Shown here: piece after piece, positions 39,641 to 54,189 of the stretch
Layout of the letters: each line of letters begins with the position of its first letter
Numbering within the stretch: the first letter of the stretch is position 1
NCBI RefSeq assembly: GCF_032191835.1
Contig: NC_083227.1
Location: forward strand, 10,478,001 to 10,542,000
Source: Heteronotia binoei
Taxonomy: Eukaryota
Direction: 5' to 3'
DNA length: 64,000 bases
Notes under the pieces: generated by a model
What the model was told of the DNA's origin: nothing
Seen by the model: only the letters and a program-made list of their open reading frames with translations
Database searches by the model: none
Program-made: the position numbers and the translations under genes

Positions 39641-42367
39641 GAGCCTATTTGCCTTCCTTGCAGCTCTCAAACATCTGATGTGTATTCTATGTAGCTCTTA
39701 CATTTAGCAAGTTTGGCCACCCCTGGCTTAGAGGGAACACAGCTCTGAATTCCACCAACTTTCCTTTTCCCCAAATGAGGACTGTCTGGAAGGGTCAGAG
39801 AGAAAGAGAGAGGGGGGGCAGTCCTAGAGAGGCACTTAGGGCGGGGCTGTGGGGAAGGGGGGGCACTATTTCCTTCCCCGCCGCCTTGCAAGAAAGCGCC
39901 CTGGAGTCTGGCTTCCGCTTCACTGGCTGGAAGGGAACCCGGTGAGCTGCCTTTGGAGGTAGGAAAATGTGGGTTGGGGGCTGCAATGCAAGATTTAAAG
40001 TGGGTGGGTGTTTGTGTGTGAAGAAGTGGGGATGAAAGAGAGCACACCCCCCCCCCCAGGGTCTTCCTTGCCTCCTTTGGCACCCTCCCTCCTGCCCCAC
40101 GCTGGTCCCCTTTGCACAGAGCCACGTGGTTCCATCAGCGGACTGGAGCGCAGGATTCGAATGCGGCACTTTGGGAGACTGGAGGGAGTCGAAGTGGCTG
40201 CCAGAGGCACATTTAGGAAGGAGTTTTTTTTGGGGGGGGGTGGAGAGTGAGCTTTGGGGTAGGGAGAGGGGCGGCACGGGTGGGGTGGGGGGGCCGAGAA
40301 GCGGATGGGGGGGGGAGGACAGGGACGGAGGGGCTGAAGAAAAGGCTCAGGGGGACAGAAGGACCTTGTCACTGGACCCTCAGAAGACCCACACGAGGAA
40401 TCTGAAGAGTGCAGAAGGGGGGATTTTTGGAGGAGATCTAAAGCATCCAAAGACTGTGCCTCTTCTGTCCTGGGGGAATGGAAGTTGGAGGGCCAGCTCT
40501 TCTCCCCACCGGGGATTTGCTCCACGTTTGATGCTTTGGGGGGGGGGGGGTTGCATTTGCCTGCTTCTGCACAGCACCCTGCAGGATTTGGGGGCCCCTT
40601 TGGGAGTTTCCACGTGGCTTTTCTGCCATCTTGCCCGGTGCTTTGGGGTGGAGCTGAATTTCGCAAGCCAGGCGGGAAGGCGGCCATTTCAGATTCCCCA
40701 GGCCTGCCCCAATGGCTGCTAGTTTTCCTTCCTCTCTTCTCTTTTATTAATTTGCCAAATGACTAGTGCATCTATAATCTGGTTACACAGGTCTCCTTTT
40801 GGGCAGGAGCTCACAGGAGTAGATCTTCAGAACCTCTAAATTTTATTGTGTTCTTTTTTTCTTAACTCTCCCCCCTCTCAAACCCGCCCCTTGCTTCTGG
40901 GCTCCATTGTTCAGCTTATTTTTTTATTATTTTTACGAATTTATAGTCTGCCCTTTCCCATATTGGGCTCAGGGTGGATTACAACACAATACGGCAGTTA
41001 AAAACCAACAATGAAACAATTAAAAGTTAAAACAGTTAGAACCATTAAATCAACCCCCCTGTGAGAATTTTTCTGAACTCTTAAGATCTGACAAACTTTC
41101 TCATATTTTCCCCATAAAAAACGGGGAAATAACCCAAACGTATCAAGTAGACAGATGGAAATCTTCATCATGCCACTGTGACCACATAGGAGAAAGAAAT
41201 TTTAAAAGTATGGTGGGAGCAAGGCTTTATTATGACAATAATAATTCAAGGAACGTTTTAAAGTAGATGCTCTTTTCTCCTGATTTGTCCACACCTGGAT
41301 TCAAGACATCTTCCCTTGAGGCTTCCCTCCACGGAAATCTCCTCGCAAGAAAAAAGGCTCACAGGTGAACTTTTTTCCTTGTGGGTCTAGTGTTCTGTGT
41401 GCAGGGAGAAATGAATTTTGAGCTGGCTTCTCCCAGTCAGGCACTCCCTCCCATCCTCTAAGGCAGGAGTGGGCAACGGTAGCTCTCCAGAATTTTTTTT
41501 TTTGCCTACAACTCCCATCAACCCCAGCCAGCATGGCCAATGGCTGGGGTTGATGGGAGTTGTAGGCAAGAAAACATCTGGAGAGCTACCGTTGGGCACC
41601 CCTGCTCTAAGGCAGTGGTCTTTTGGCACCAGGGACCGGTTTTGTGGAAGACAATTCTTCCACAGACCAGGGTGGGGGGATGATTTCGGGATGATACAAT
41701 TGTGCACTTCATTTCTATTCGATTGGTGTGGTAGTTAAGTGTGCGGACTCTTATCTGGGAGAACGGGGTTTGATTCCCCACTCCTCCACTTGCAGCTGCT
41801 GGAATGGGCTTGGGTCAGCCATAGCTCTCGTAGTTGTCCTTGAAAGGGCAGCTACTGTGAGAGCCCTCTCAGCCCCACCCACCTCACAGGGTGTCTGTTG
41901 TGGGAGAGGAAGGTAGTGGAGATTGTGAGTCGCTCTGAGACTCTTAAAATTTGAAGTGGAGGGCAGGACAATGTCGTCTTATTACGTTGTAATATATAAT
42001 GTAATAATTATACAACTCACGGCCCGGTTGCTAACAGAACATGGATCGGTACCGGTACACTGCTGGGGGGTTGGGGACCCCTGCCCTAAGGACTCTCTCA
42101 CCTCATTCCGCACAAATTCTCTTTGCGGGGGGGGGGGGGGAGTGGGAAGGTCTTGGCCCCCTCAGAGGGGAGGAGGGAGGAGTGTGGCTTCAGGCAGGGA
42201 AAAGGACTCCTCCCAGGAGGGAGTTGGAAGGAAACATTTCCAGGGGAGGTGGAGGAGGATGGATTAATAGGGTTTCCCCCCTCTTTCTTTCTCTCCCTCC
42301 CATGCAGAAGGACCCCTGGATGCCTCCTCCACCGTCTCCCCTGTCTGCTGAAGGGAAGAGAGCCGAC

Positions 42368-42382
42368 ATGCAGCCTGCTCAG
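42368..42382 (+). CDS. Gene C start exon, coding part (MQPAQ); exon 42308-42382
   Basis: Pyrimidine tract catgcag|; ATG CAG CCT GCT CAG|gtatgt. An in-frame upstream ATG at 42320 is possible. Confidence 0.75.
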
Positions 42383-43440
42383 GTATGTGTGTGTGTGGAG
42401 GGGAAATCATAGAATAGAAGAATCATAGAACTGTAAGAGGTGGAAGGGACCTCCAGGGTCATCTAGTCCAACCCCCTGCCCAATGCAGGAAATTCACAAA
42501 TACCATCCCCTAAATTCACAGGCTCTTAATTGCGTCAGATGGCCACCTAACCTCTTTTTAAAAACCTCCAAGGAAGGAGAGCCTAGCACCTCCCAAGGAA
42601 GCCTGTTCCACTGAGGGACCGCTCCAACAGTCAGGAAGTTCTTCCTAATGTTGTGCCGGAAACTCTTTTGATTTAATTTCAACCCCTTGGTTCCGGTCCT
42701 ACCTTCTGAGGCCATAGGAAACAATTCCACACCATCCTCTATAACAGGGGTGGCCAACGGTAGCTCTCCAGATGATTTTTTGCCTACAACTCCCATCAGC
42801 CCGAGCCATTGGCCATACTGGCTAGGGCTGATGGGAGTTGTAGGCAAAAAAAAACATTTGGAGAGCTACCGTTGGCCACCATTGCTCTATAGGAGAGCCC
42901 TTCAAGTCCTTGAAGATGGTGATCATATCGCCTCTCAGCCGCCTCCTCTCCAGAATCACTGGGGAGACGTGCAGCAGACAGTAAGGATGCCTCCTCTCTT
43001 GTAATGCTCAGAGGATCAGGCCCCTTCCCATTGAGTCTAGCATTCCCCACTGGGGAGGCTGAAAAACGGTCACCCCCCTCCTGTCTAGGATGGTTGTTGT
43101 GGAGAAGCCAGAAAATAAGAACGTAACTGTTGATTTGTCCAAACTCCAAATGTGCTCATAACAATATAGAATTTCCCATGGCAAATGGTTTAGTCCTTTT
43201 ATCATCCGGACATCTCTGGCCTCTTCCCCACAAGGCTGCTACCCCACTGCGGCTGAGGACAGCCCCCCTAAGTTCCAAGAGGCCCCCAAGGAGGGCTGAA
43301 CAGGAAGACGTCCCCACGGGGCTCTTCTCCCCGCCTCTTTGTGCCGTCCTTTCCCTACGAATTGCCTCACTCTGTTTCTGGCTACCCCCAATGGACCGGC
43401 TTTCCAGGTGTAAAGAAACACTTCCTTCTCTGTCTTGCAG

Positions 43441-43567
43441 GCGGGGGTGTCCTTCGAAGAGGTGGCCGTGGATTTCACCCCGGGGGAGTGGAGCCTGCTG
43501 AGTCCAACGCAAAGAGCTCTGTACAAGGAAGTCATGCTGGAGAATTATGGGAACGTGGCCTCTCTGG
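43441..43567 (+). CDS. Gene C KRAB-A exon (127 bp)
   Basis: tcttgcag|GCG GGG GTG TCC TTC...CTG G|gtgagg. One substitution versus gene A, three versus gene B. Confidence 0.95.
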
Positions 43568-44404
43568 GTGAGGATCCTTTGCTCCTTCCTGCAGTGAGGA
43601 GTGAGGATAAAGAAGCCCTTCAGGAGGGAGGGCGTGGCCAGGCTGTCTGCTCTGGTCCCAGTGGCTGGTCTCTGCCTCCCTCCACTCTCCTTCTTTTGAT
43701 GTGAGGAGGGTTCTGTGCCTTCTTTGCAGAGAGGGAGCTCCTGCCCGGCAGTCATAGAATCATAGAGTTGGAAGGGACCTCCAGGGTCATCTAGTCCAAC
43801 CCCCTGCACAATGCAGGAAACGCAATCCCTGAGTGAGTGAGGGCATCGGAAGAGGTGCCAGCAGGGGAGGCCTGGTCTGGAGATGGTGGGGTAATCTAAA
43901 CAGGGGCTTCCCTCCAGTCTGGTCCACCAGTGGGGCCAGAGCACTAGAAGCCCTGCACTGTTGCCCCCCCCCACACACACACACACCAGCACCAAGAATA
44001 CAGAGCATCACTGCTCCGGACAGAGAGTTCCAATAATACACTGTGGCTAATAGCCACTGATGGACCTCTGCTCCATATTTTTATCCAATCCCCTCTTGAA
44101 GCTGGCTATGCTTGTAGCCGCCACCACCTCCTGTGGCAGTGAGTTCCACGTGTTAATCACCCTTTGGGTGAAGAAGGACTTCCTTTTATCTGTTCTAATC
44201 CGCTGGTTCAGCAATTAATTTATCCCTCCCTCCCTATGTTCACGTTGCGGCACTCACACATCTGATATTTATTCGACGTGGCTCTTACATTAAGCAAGTT
44301 TGGCCGCCCCTCTTCTAGAGGGACAGGAGTCTGGCGTGGAATTGTTAAATCTATGGGTACACAGAAGGTGTCTAATTTTGTGTGTGTGCTTCCGTGATAA
44401 ACAG

Positions 44405-44503
44405 GACCTCTGATCGCTAAACCTGACCTCATATCCCGGCTGGAAGAAGAGGAGGAGGAAGGGCTGTTTCTCTTGAGCTGCGATGAAGAGGAAGGATTGG
44501 CAG
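44405..44503 (+). CDS. Gene C KRAB-B exon (99 bp)
   Basis: aaacag|GA CCT CTG ATC GCT AAA CCT GAC...GCA G|gtaggg. Confidence 0.9.
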
Positions 44504-47500
44504 GTAGGGGATGAAAATATCTCTCTTGGGACTGTGCGTCGCCTGCGTTTTTTTGTAATAACCACTGGATGCAACACGGTATCGGTTAAAGCAAACATGC
44601 ACCATATAGCTGCGTCTGTTTAAAGAAACAGCCAAATGTTATTCCTTAGAACAGCGGTCCCCAACCTTTTTGACACCAAGGACCGGTTTTGTGGAAGACA
44701 ATTTTTCCACTGACCAGAGGGAGGGGTGGCGGTGATGGTTTCAGGATGATAGGATTGTGCATTTTGTTTTGGTGTAGTGGTTAAGCATTCTTAACTGGGT
44801 GAACCAGGTTTGACTCCCCACTCCTCCAATTGCAGCTGCTGGAATGGCTGTGGGTCAGCCATAGCTCTTGCAGAGCAGTCCTTGGAAGGGCAGCTTTTGG
44901 GAGAACTCTCAGCCTCACCTGCCTCGCAGGGTGTCTGTTGTGGAGGTGGAAGATAAAGGAGATTGTGAGCCGCTTAATGATGCCCTTTCCCAGCTCCACC
45001 TTTTTCTCAGCTCCACCCCCAGCGACCAGCCTAATGTGTTCGTTGAGCTCTGTCCCTGCATGATTTCCATAGTCTGCCTGTAGCATCTGCAAAGCAAGGC
45101 TAGTTTAAGCGTTTAGCAGTTCACAAACTTTAAACATCTAACTGTTTTCATCCCTACCTGCATTTAACTTACATATAAAGATAAGCCTGTTTTGGGGTCA
45201 TGTTTGTGTCTGGAATGGATGTTTTGTCTCCTGCTAAAATCCAGCAGAGGGTTGCAAATGGGTTTCGCTGCTGTTGGATTTCACAGACAACTAGCACTTT
45301 CTACTTTGCATTGTGTAAAGTAAATTTTGCAAATGTGATCGCTTAAGAACATAAGCCCTGTTAGATCAGGCCATTGGCCCATCCAGTCCAACACTCTGTG
45401 TCACATAAGAGAAGCCATGTTGGATCAGGCCATTGGCCCACCCAGTCCAACACTCTGTGTCACAGAAGAACATAAGAGAAGCCCTGTTGGATCAGGCCAG
45501 TGGCCCATCCAGTCCAACATGCTGTGTCACACAGTGGCCAAAAACCCCCAAGTGCCATCAGGAGGTCCACCAGTGGAGCTAGAAGTCCTTCCACTGTGCC
45601 CCCCCCCCAAAGCACCAAGAATACAGACCGTCACTGCCTCAGACAGAGTTCCAACAATACGCTGTGGCTAATAGCCACTGATGGACCTCTGCTCCAGATG
45701 TTGATCCAATCCCATCTTGAAGCTGGTTATGCTTGTAGCCACCATCACCTCCTGTGGCAGTGAATTCCGCATGTTAAAAATCCTTTTGGTGAAGAATTAC
45801 TTCCTTTTATCCGTTCTAACCTGACTGCTCAGCAATTTCATTGAATGTCCACGAGTTCTTGTATTGTGAGAAAGGGAGAAAAGGACTTCTTTCTCTACCT
45901 TCTCTATCCCATGCATAATCTTGTAAACCTCTATCATGTCACCCCGCAGTCAACGTTTCTGTAAGCTAAAGAGCCCCAAGCGTTTTAACCTTTCTTCATA
46001 GGGAAAGTGTTCTGCCCCTTGAATCATTCTAGTTGCCCTTTTCTGTACTTTTTCCAATGTTATAATATCTTTTTTGAGGTGCAGTGACCAGAATGTTTTA
46101 AATGTTTTGACTATTCTAACTGTTTATATATGCATATGTTAATTCAAATTGTTTTATTATCTGTTGTGAGCCGCCCTGAGCCATCCTTGTGGGAAGGGCG
46201 GGATACAAATCATAAAATAAAATAAATTAAAAATTGTACACAGTACTCCAAATGAGACCGCACCATCGATTTATACAAGGGCATTATGATACTGGCTGAT
46301 TTGTTTTCAGTTCCCTTCCTAATAATTCCCAGCATGGCATTGGCCTTTTTTATTGCAAACGCACACTGTCTTGACATTTTCAGTGAGTTATCCACCATGA
46401 CCCCAAGATCTCTCTCTTGGTCAGCCTCTGCCAGTTCACACCCCATCAACTTGTATTTATAGCTAGGATTTTTGGCCCCAATATGCATTACTTTGCACTT
46501 GGCCACACTGAACATAATCTGCCACGTTGACGACCACTCACCCAGCCTCGACAGATCTCTTCGGAGTGCCTCACAATCCTCTCTGGTTCTCACCGCCCTG
46601 AACAATTTAGTTTCATCTGCAAACTTAGCCACTTCACTGCTCACTCCCAACTCCTAATCATTAATGAACAAATTAAATTGCTTGTTCCTGCTGGAGTTTA
46701 CAGAGTACCAGCTCTCTCACTCACTTCCTGATTTCTCCCTTGCATAAAGGTTGCAAATGAGGGTTGTCTGCTTCTCTAGATTGCAGAAAATCCACCTCCT
46801 TTCTTGATGCTGATCTGCTCATTACACTTTCTGGAACCTGAAAGTGAAACTTTCCCCGCTTTGGAAAGTTCCTATTTGTTAGCATTGAGAGTTTACTTGA
46901 ATTGAAGTTTGTATCTTGGTGTAATTTTTGGGACAATTGCAAAACAGATGCTACTGCAGTTAATTTTGAAAGAAGCTGATATTGAATGTCTTACTTCGAC
47001 AAATATTTTTGCAGTTGAGACTTGTGTAGTTGTAGAGTGGAACATTTCCTTAAGGCTTGCATTTATGCAACATGACCTATTCATTTTTTTTTTTTTTTTT
47101 TGCTGTTATGTTTGAATGGCGGTCAGGGAAAGTCACTGCCACAAGAAGTGGTGGCGGCTGCAAGCATAGCCAGCTTCAAGAGGGGGTTAGATAAAAATAT
47201 GGAGCAGAGGTCCATCAGTGGCTATTAGCCACAGTGTGTGTGTGTGTATTGGCCACTGTGTGACACAGAGTGTTGGACTGGATGGGCCATTGGCCTGATC
47301 CAACATGGCTTCTCTTATGTTCTCCCTCCATACCACATACCACAGGTACATCTATTTGCCTTCCTTGCAGCTCTCAAACATCTACCTACCTACTGGTGGA
47401 CATCCTGATGGGACCTGGGTTTTGGCCACTGTGTGACACAGACTGTTGGACAGGATGAGACACTGGCCTGATCCAACATGGCTTCTCTTATGTTCTTATG

Positions 47501-48876
47501 TGACACAGAGTGTTGGACTGGATGGGCCACTGGCCCGATCCAACATGGCTTCTCTATGTTCTTAGGTGACTCAGAGTGTTGGACTGGATGGGCCATTGGC
47601 CTGATCCAACATGGCTTCTCTTATGTTCTTATGACTAGATGGTCTGATCCAGTAGGGCTCTTATATTCCTATGACAACTTCAAGAAGGGATTGGATAAAT
47701 ATATAGAGCAGACAGGAGGTCCATGAGTGGCCGTTAGCCACAAAGTATATATGGAACCAGCAGCCCCGTGGCACAGAGCGGTAAAGCTGCAATACTGCAG
47801 TCGGAGCCCTCTGTTCATGACCTGAGTTCGATCCCGGCAGAAGCTGGGTTCAGGTAGCCGGCTCCAGGTTGACTCAGCCTTCCATCCTTCCGAGGCCGGT
47901 AAAATGAGTACCCAGCTTGCTTGGGGGGAAATAGTAATGGCAAACTACCCTGTAATAAGTCTGCCATGAAAACATCATGATGCGACATCACCCCAGAGTT
48001 GGAAACGACTGACTACCTTTACCTTTATAGACAGAACTGTCTGTCTGGGGCGAGTGATGCTCAGTATTCTTGGTGGTTGTGAGGCAGTGGTGGGGGGGTT
48101 TCTGGAGTTCTGGACTTGCTGGTGGACCTGATTGCAGCTGGTTGGGGGGGGGGTTTGTGGGGGGGGGGCACTGCATGACGCAGTGTTGGATTGCATGTCC
48201 CTTGGCTTGCTCCAACATGGCTTTTCTTATGTTCTTAAGGAGAGCCAGTTTGGTGTAGTTGTTAAGTGTGCAGACTCTTATCTGGGAGAACCGGGTTTGA
48301 TTCCCCCACTCCTCCACTTGCACCTGCTAGCATGGCCTTGGGTCAGCCATAGCTCTGGCAGATTGTCCTTGAAAGGGCAGCTGCTGTGAGAGCCCTCTCC
48401 AGCCCCACCCACCTCACAGGGTGTCTGTTGTGGGGGAGGAAGGGAAAGGAGATTGAGGCCGCTCTGAGACTCTTTGGAGTGGAGGGCAGGATATAAATCC
48501 AATATCATCGTCTTCTTCTTAAGTTAATTCAGAATAGTGGACCTTCCAGGGGTGAACATAGTATTCTTATCTCACAGATGCTAATTTTCAGCCCCTAAGC
48601 ATTCCTCTTCTTTCGCTAAGCATTTCTCTTTTGTTCTAAAAAAAAAAAAGACTAACTACCATGTGTACGGTACCTCTGCCTCTGAGTTCCATTTTCGCAA
48701 CACCCCTCCCACCCTCTGACTGGGATGGAAAGACTGAATCAAATACAACAACGGGAGCCTTAACTCCAAAAACGTATACCTGGAAAACCTTGTTAGTCTT
48801 TAGGTGATAACTGGAATCAAAATAAGGTATTAGTGGAAAGTGTCATATTATCACACCAGGTATCACTTTCTTTCAG

Positions 48877-50000
48877 CAAGAGATGTCTGGCAGTCAGAGG
48901 ATGAAGCAGGAGAACACCGGTTGACGGAAAAAGAGGATACAGATTCAGTTATGAAAGGGAAGTTTGAATATTTGGATGTACCAAAGAAGGAGGAGGGAAA
49001 ACTCCCAACTAAAGGGAGGAATAAGTCTAGTCTTTTACAGGGGGATGACACTCTATTGCAAAAAATATATCAAGCAGAGGACAGGAATGAGTGCACTGCA
49101 CGCAGGGAAACTTTGACTGAAATATCAGTTATTAATATTCAACAAAGGATATGTAACAGAAAGGGAATATATCAATGCCTGGAGGGTGGGGAAAGCGTCA
49201 GTCAGAATTCACGCCTTTTTTGTCATCAGAAAATTCCCACAGGGGAGAAACCACACAAATGCCTGGAGTGTGGGAAATGTTTCAAGAACAGCACAGAACT
49301 TACTTGCCATCAAAGAATCCACACAGGGGAGAAACCATATAAATGCCTGGTGTGTGGGAAAAGCTTCAGGTGCAGTTCACACCTTTATATTCATCAGAAG
49401 ATTCACACAGGGGAGATACTATTTAAATGTCAGGAGTGTGGGGAAAGCTTCAATCACAGTGGAACATTTACTGCTCATCGGAGAATTCACACAGGGGAGA
49501 AACCATACAGATGCATAGAGTGTGGAAAAAGCTTCAGTCACAGTTCACACCTTAGTGTCCATCAGAGAATTCACACAGAAGAGAAACCATATAAATGCCT
49601 GGACTGTGGGAAAAGCTTCAAGAGCATTTCATGCCTTAGTGTCCATCAGAAAATGCACACGGAGAAACCATATGAATGTCCAGTGTGTTGGAAAAGCTTT
49701 AGTCACAGTTTTAGTCTTACTGTCCATCAGAGAATTCACAGAGAGGCGAAAACATATAAATGCCAGGTGTGTGGAAAAAGCTTCAGGCAGAGTTCACACT
49801 TGTTTTGTCATCAGAAAATTCACACAGGGGAGAAACCATATAAATGCCTGGAATGTGAGAAAAGCTTCAAGAGTAGTACAGAACTTACTTCCCACCGAAG
49901 AACTCACACAGGGGAGAAACCATACAAATGCTTGGAGTGTGGGGAAAGCTTCAGTCACTTTGTATCCCTTATTGCTCATCAAAGACTTCACACACGGTAG
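48877..50000 (+). CDS. Gene C zinc-finger exon, 9 intact C2H2 fingers plus one degenerate
   Basis: tttctttcag| acceptor; ORF 48840-50000; TAG created within a linker (HTR*). Confidence 0.93.
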
Positions 50001-50360
<360 letters not shown>

Positions 50361-50414
50361 ACCTAATACAGATAATAAAAACACCTCTTAATAAAAATTA
50401 CTACAAAGTTATTT

Positions 50415-50595
50415 AGGTAGGTAGGTAGAGATATAGGTAGATAGATAGGTTGGTAGATGTAGGTGGATAGGTAGAGATAGATTAGGTAGGTAAGTAGATA
50501 TAGATAGGATAGATAGTAGGTAGGTAGATAGCTAGATAGATATATAGATAGATATAGATAGGTATGTGGATAGGTAGAGAGAGATAGACAGAGGT
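50415..50595 (+). repeat. (TAGA/TAGG)n microsatellite
   Basis: Direct reading. Confidence 0.95.
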
Positions 50596-51569
50596 GGGTC
50601 ACTATATGATATGCAATATGAAATAAACTATAGTTTGGGCATGAAGCAAGACAAAAAAAATACGAAATAAATACTGGCCAGCACATTCACCTCGTGCTGG
50701 AACTGTCCACAGCAAATGAATTCTTTTGCCGTGGAGAATGACTCAGCATTTCTTATGCATGCCGCAATTGGCTGCACAAGGTCAGAAGTCCCAGCTCAAA
50801 CCCACGAGTTGCCAAAATCTGCAAACTTAAAAATCTACTTGATTTCCTTTCTTAACTTTTTCATTATGATGGTGAGATTTATATAAACCTCCAAAGTTGA
50901 GATCAGGTGGGGTCCTTGTTCCTTTTCTATAAAATGCTGTAACAAATGTACACCAGCTGTTGTGTGGGGTATCTTGCTCCTGTGTTCTATTATTTGTGTC
51001 TTTCACTTTCTGGAGGTCTTCCCTGCACAGATCTTATCGCAATAACTTCTGATGACAGCTATATCTGAATTGCACGTTGTGAAGTTTTTTAGAACGTATT
51101 GCATTTTGTCAAAGGGACTGATCAAATGTTTCATATTTTGAGTTAGGTTATGACACTTGCAGTGTCCACATCTGAAATGGCTTTTGGGCAGAGCTGCTGG
51201 AATGGTCCTTTTTAGGCTCGTGGGAACGAATGTGTTACTCTGAATGAATTTGGCTTTTAAATTGGATGTTTTTATCATAAAGCAATACATCATATAGTGT
51301 ATTTTCATCCACCGCCCCCCCCCCCCAGGGGTCTTTACCTCTGGCAAGAGGCTTCACTTACAGCAAAATAACATGTTTTCTCCAGCAAAGCTAACCATAA
51401 GATGTTCTAAATGGAACCTTGATTTGGCAAATCAGGGCTGTGTGCCTTGTGGCTAGCTGCCCAAAAAGATGAACTGCTCTGCACCGGCAGTTCTCTGCTT
51501 TTCTTCTTAGACCCTAAACTTTTGATTAACTCCAATAATTGTCAATTATTAAGGCATGGCCTATGTTTC

Positions 51570-52370
51570 CCATCAAAAAATTCACACGGGAGAAACCATA
51601 TAGATGCCTAAAATGTGAAAAAAGCTTCAAGAATAGTGGGCATCTTACTATCCCATCTAAAACAGGGGCAGGGAACCTTTTTTTCTGCTAAGGGCCATTT
51701 GGATATTTATAACATCATTTACGGGCCATACAAAATTTGGATATTTATAACATTCACGGGCCATACAAAATTATCAACCTAAAAAACAGTGCTCCGCCGA
51801 GGAAGAATGATTCAGGCCGGCAAAATTAATGCAAATAATTGCTTTACTATTTGAATTCACGTGAGGAGAGCCTAATTCAGCACATACACACCGACCCACT
51901 GCCCTAGACAAATGCCTAGGTCCAGGCATATTAGACCACATCCCCTAATATTAGCATATTAGGCCACACCATCTGGGATAATCACATGCAAACTGAACTG
52001 GCTCCCACCCCTGCCAGCTCTCCCTTCAGCTGCTCCCAGCAGACCTTTAAAGGCACCCATATATTCCAGCAGTAGTCCTTCACAATGCCCATGAGAGAGG
52101 GGGGGGGGAGGCTCAGCCCAAGGGCCAGGCCAAGTGATCTCAGCCCTCGGGCCTGATGTTCCCCACCCCTCATCTAAAACTTCAGAGGTCCAAAGCCATA
52201 GAAATACCTGGAGTGTGGAAGAAACTTCCGTGTGAAACAAAGACTTACTTCTCATCAAAGAATTCACATAGGGGAGAAACTGTACGAATGTCCGCAATGT
52301 GGAAAAAGGTTCCCTCAGAGTGCACACCTTCCTTCTCATCAAAGGACGCACACAGGGAAGAGGAAATATG
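51570..52370 (+). pseudogene. Detached relic zinc fingers split by a hAT MITE (51663-52171)
   Basis: HQKIHTGE...KCEKSFKNSGHL and [34 protein letters not shown]; TSD ATCTAAAA. Confidence 0.75.
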
Positions 52371-54189
52371 TCATATATTATTGTAATTATGTTTATGAAT
52401 GTTTATACGTTATGTATTTTCCAACCTCTGTAAAGTTCAATTTCTGGTCAGGAAAAGTACCAAAAGCGTCTCAGCTTTGACATTTCATTGGTATAACTGA
52501 AGAAATAGGAGATTTACTGTTCTGGAATTACGAACAAGTGCTGTCTTTTGCCTTAGAGCCTTGCTTTGAGAATTTAATAGCAGATATCAGGGTGTATTCT
52601 AGTCTAGGGTGGCCAAACTTGCTTAACATAAGAGCCACATAGAATAAATGTCAGATGTTTGAGAGCCACAAGCCATGAATGTCAGATGTTAGGGAGGGAG
52701 GGAGGAAGATGGCGGAGGGAAGGAGAGGTGGAAAGAAAGCAACTTTAAATGCATTCTCCAAGCACCTAGCTGGCTTGGTGTAGAGGAGGGAGCCCATTTA
52801 GTATAGTTACTCGTTTGTACAATCACTTTAGGGTCCAATAGCTTTATTTGAAGGATAATCGCATGCTCAGATTCAAAACTTTTATTTCTCTTCCTCTTAA
52901 AAACTGACTCTCCTAAAACTTAGAGAATTGTACTGCTTACATATTTAGCTAAGTTTGAAAAACATTACTGGACCTGATTTTTATTGCATACATTTTGCTG
53001 TCCTTCTATGATAAACTTGTACCTGTTCATCAAATTCTTGCCTGTGTAATGCTTAATTTTAAATAAATACATTATTATCCCTAAGAGTTCGCTGTTTGTT
53101 GTACTGACACAAGATTTAAAGTCTGACGTTGAATATTTCGTTTTACTGAAAGAGAGAAATCTCTTGGCAAGTTTGCTCATTTAAACCCAAACTGGTGGTT
53201 CTGCTTGAATTGGTGTTCTTATCGGGCTTAATTGAAACATTGATGATCACATACTTTGGTCCTTCTTGCCTGCAGAACTGTCTTTGCTCCTCTGACATCG
53301 CCAGGGCTTTTTTTGGTAGCAGGTACTCCTTTGCATATTAGGCCGCACCTCCCTGATGTAGCCAATCCTCCAAGAGCTTAAGAAGAAGAAGATATTGGAT
53401 TTATATCCCGCCCTCCACTCCGAAGAGTCTCAGAGCGGCTCACAATCTCCTTTACCGTCCTTTCCCACAACAGATACCCTGTGAGGTGGGTGGGGCTGGA
53501 GAGGGCTCTCACAGCAGCTGCTCTTTCAAGGACAGAGGCTCAGAGTGGCCTACAATCCCCTTTCCCTTCCTCCCCCACAACAGACACCCTGTGAGGTGGG
53601 TGGGGCTGAGAGGGCTCTCACAGCAGCTGCCCTTTCAAGGACAGAGGCTCAGAGCAGCCTACAATCTCCTTTCCCTTCCTCCCTCAACAGACACCCTGTG
53701 AGGTGGGTGGGGTTGAGAGAGCTCTCATAGCAGCTGCTCTTTCAAGGACAGAGGCTCAGAGCGGCCTACAATCTCCTTTCCCTTCCCCACAATAGACACC
53801 CTGTGAGCTGGATGGTGCTCTCATAGCAGCTGCTCTTTCAAGGACAGAGGCTCAGAGCAGCCTACAATCTCCTTTCCCTTCCTCCCCCACAACAGACACC
53901 CTGTGAGGTGGGTGGGGCTGAGAGGGCTCTCACAGCAACTGCCCTTTCAAGGACAACCTCTGCCAGAGCTATGGCTGACCCAAGGCCATGCTAGGTGCAA
54001 ATGGAGGAGTGGGGAATCAAACCCGGTTGTCCCAGATAAGAGTCCGCGCACTTAACCGCTACACCAAACTGGCTCTCCTCTTCCTACAGGGCCTACTGTA
54101 AGCTCATGGAGGATTGGCTACATCAAGGTGTGTGTGGCCTGATATGCAAAGGAGTTCCTGCAACAACAAAAAAGCCCTGGACATCACAA

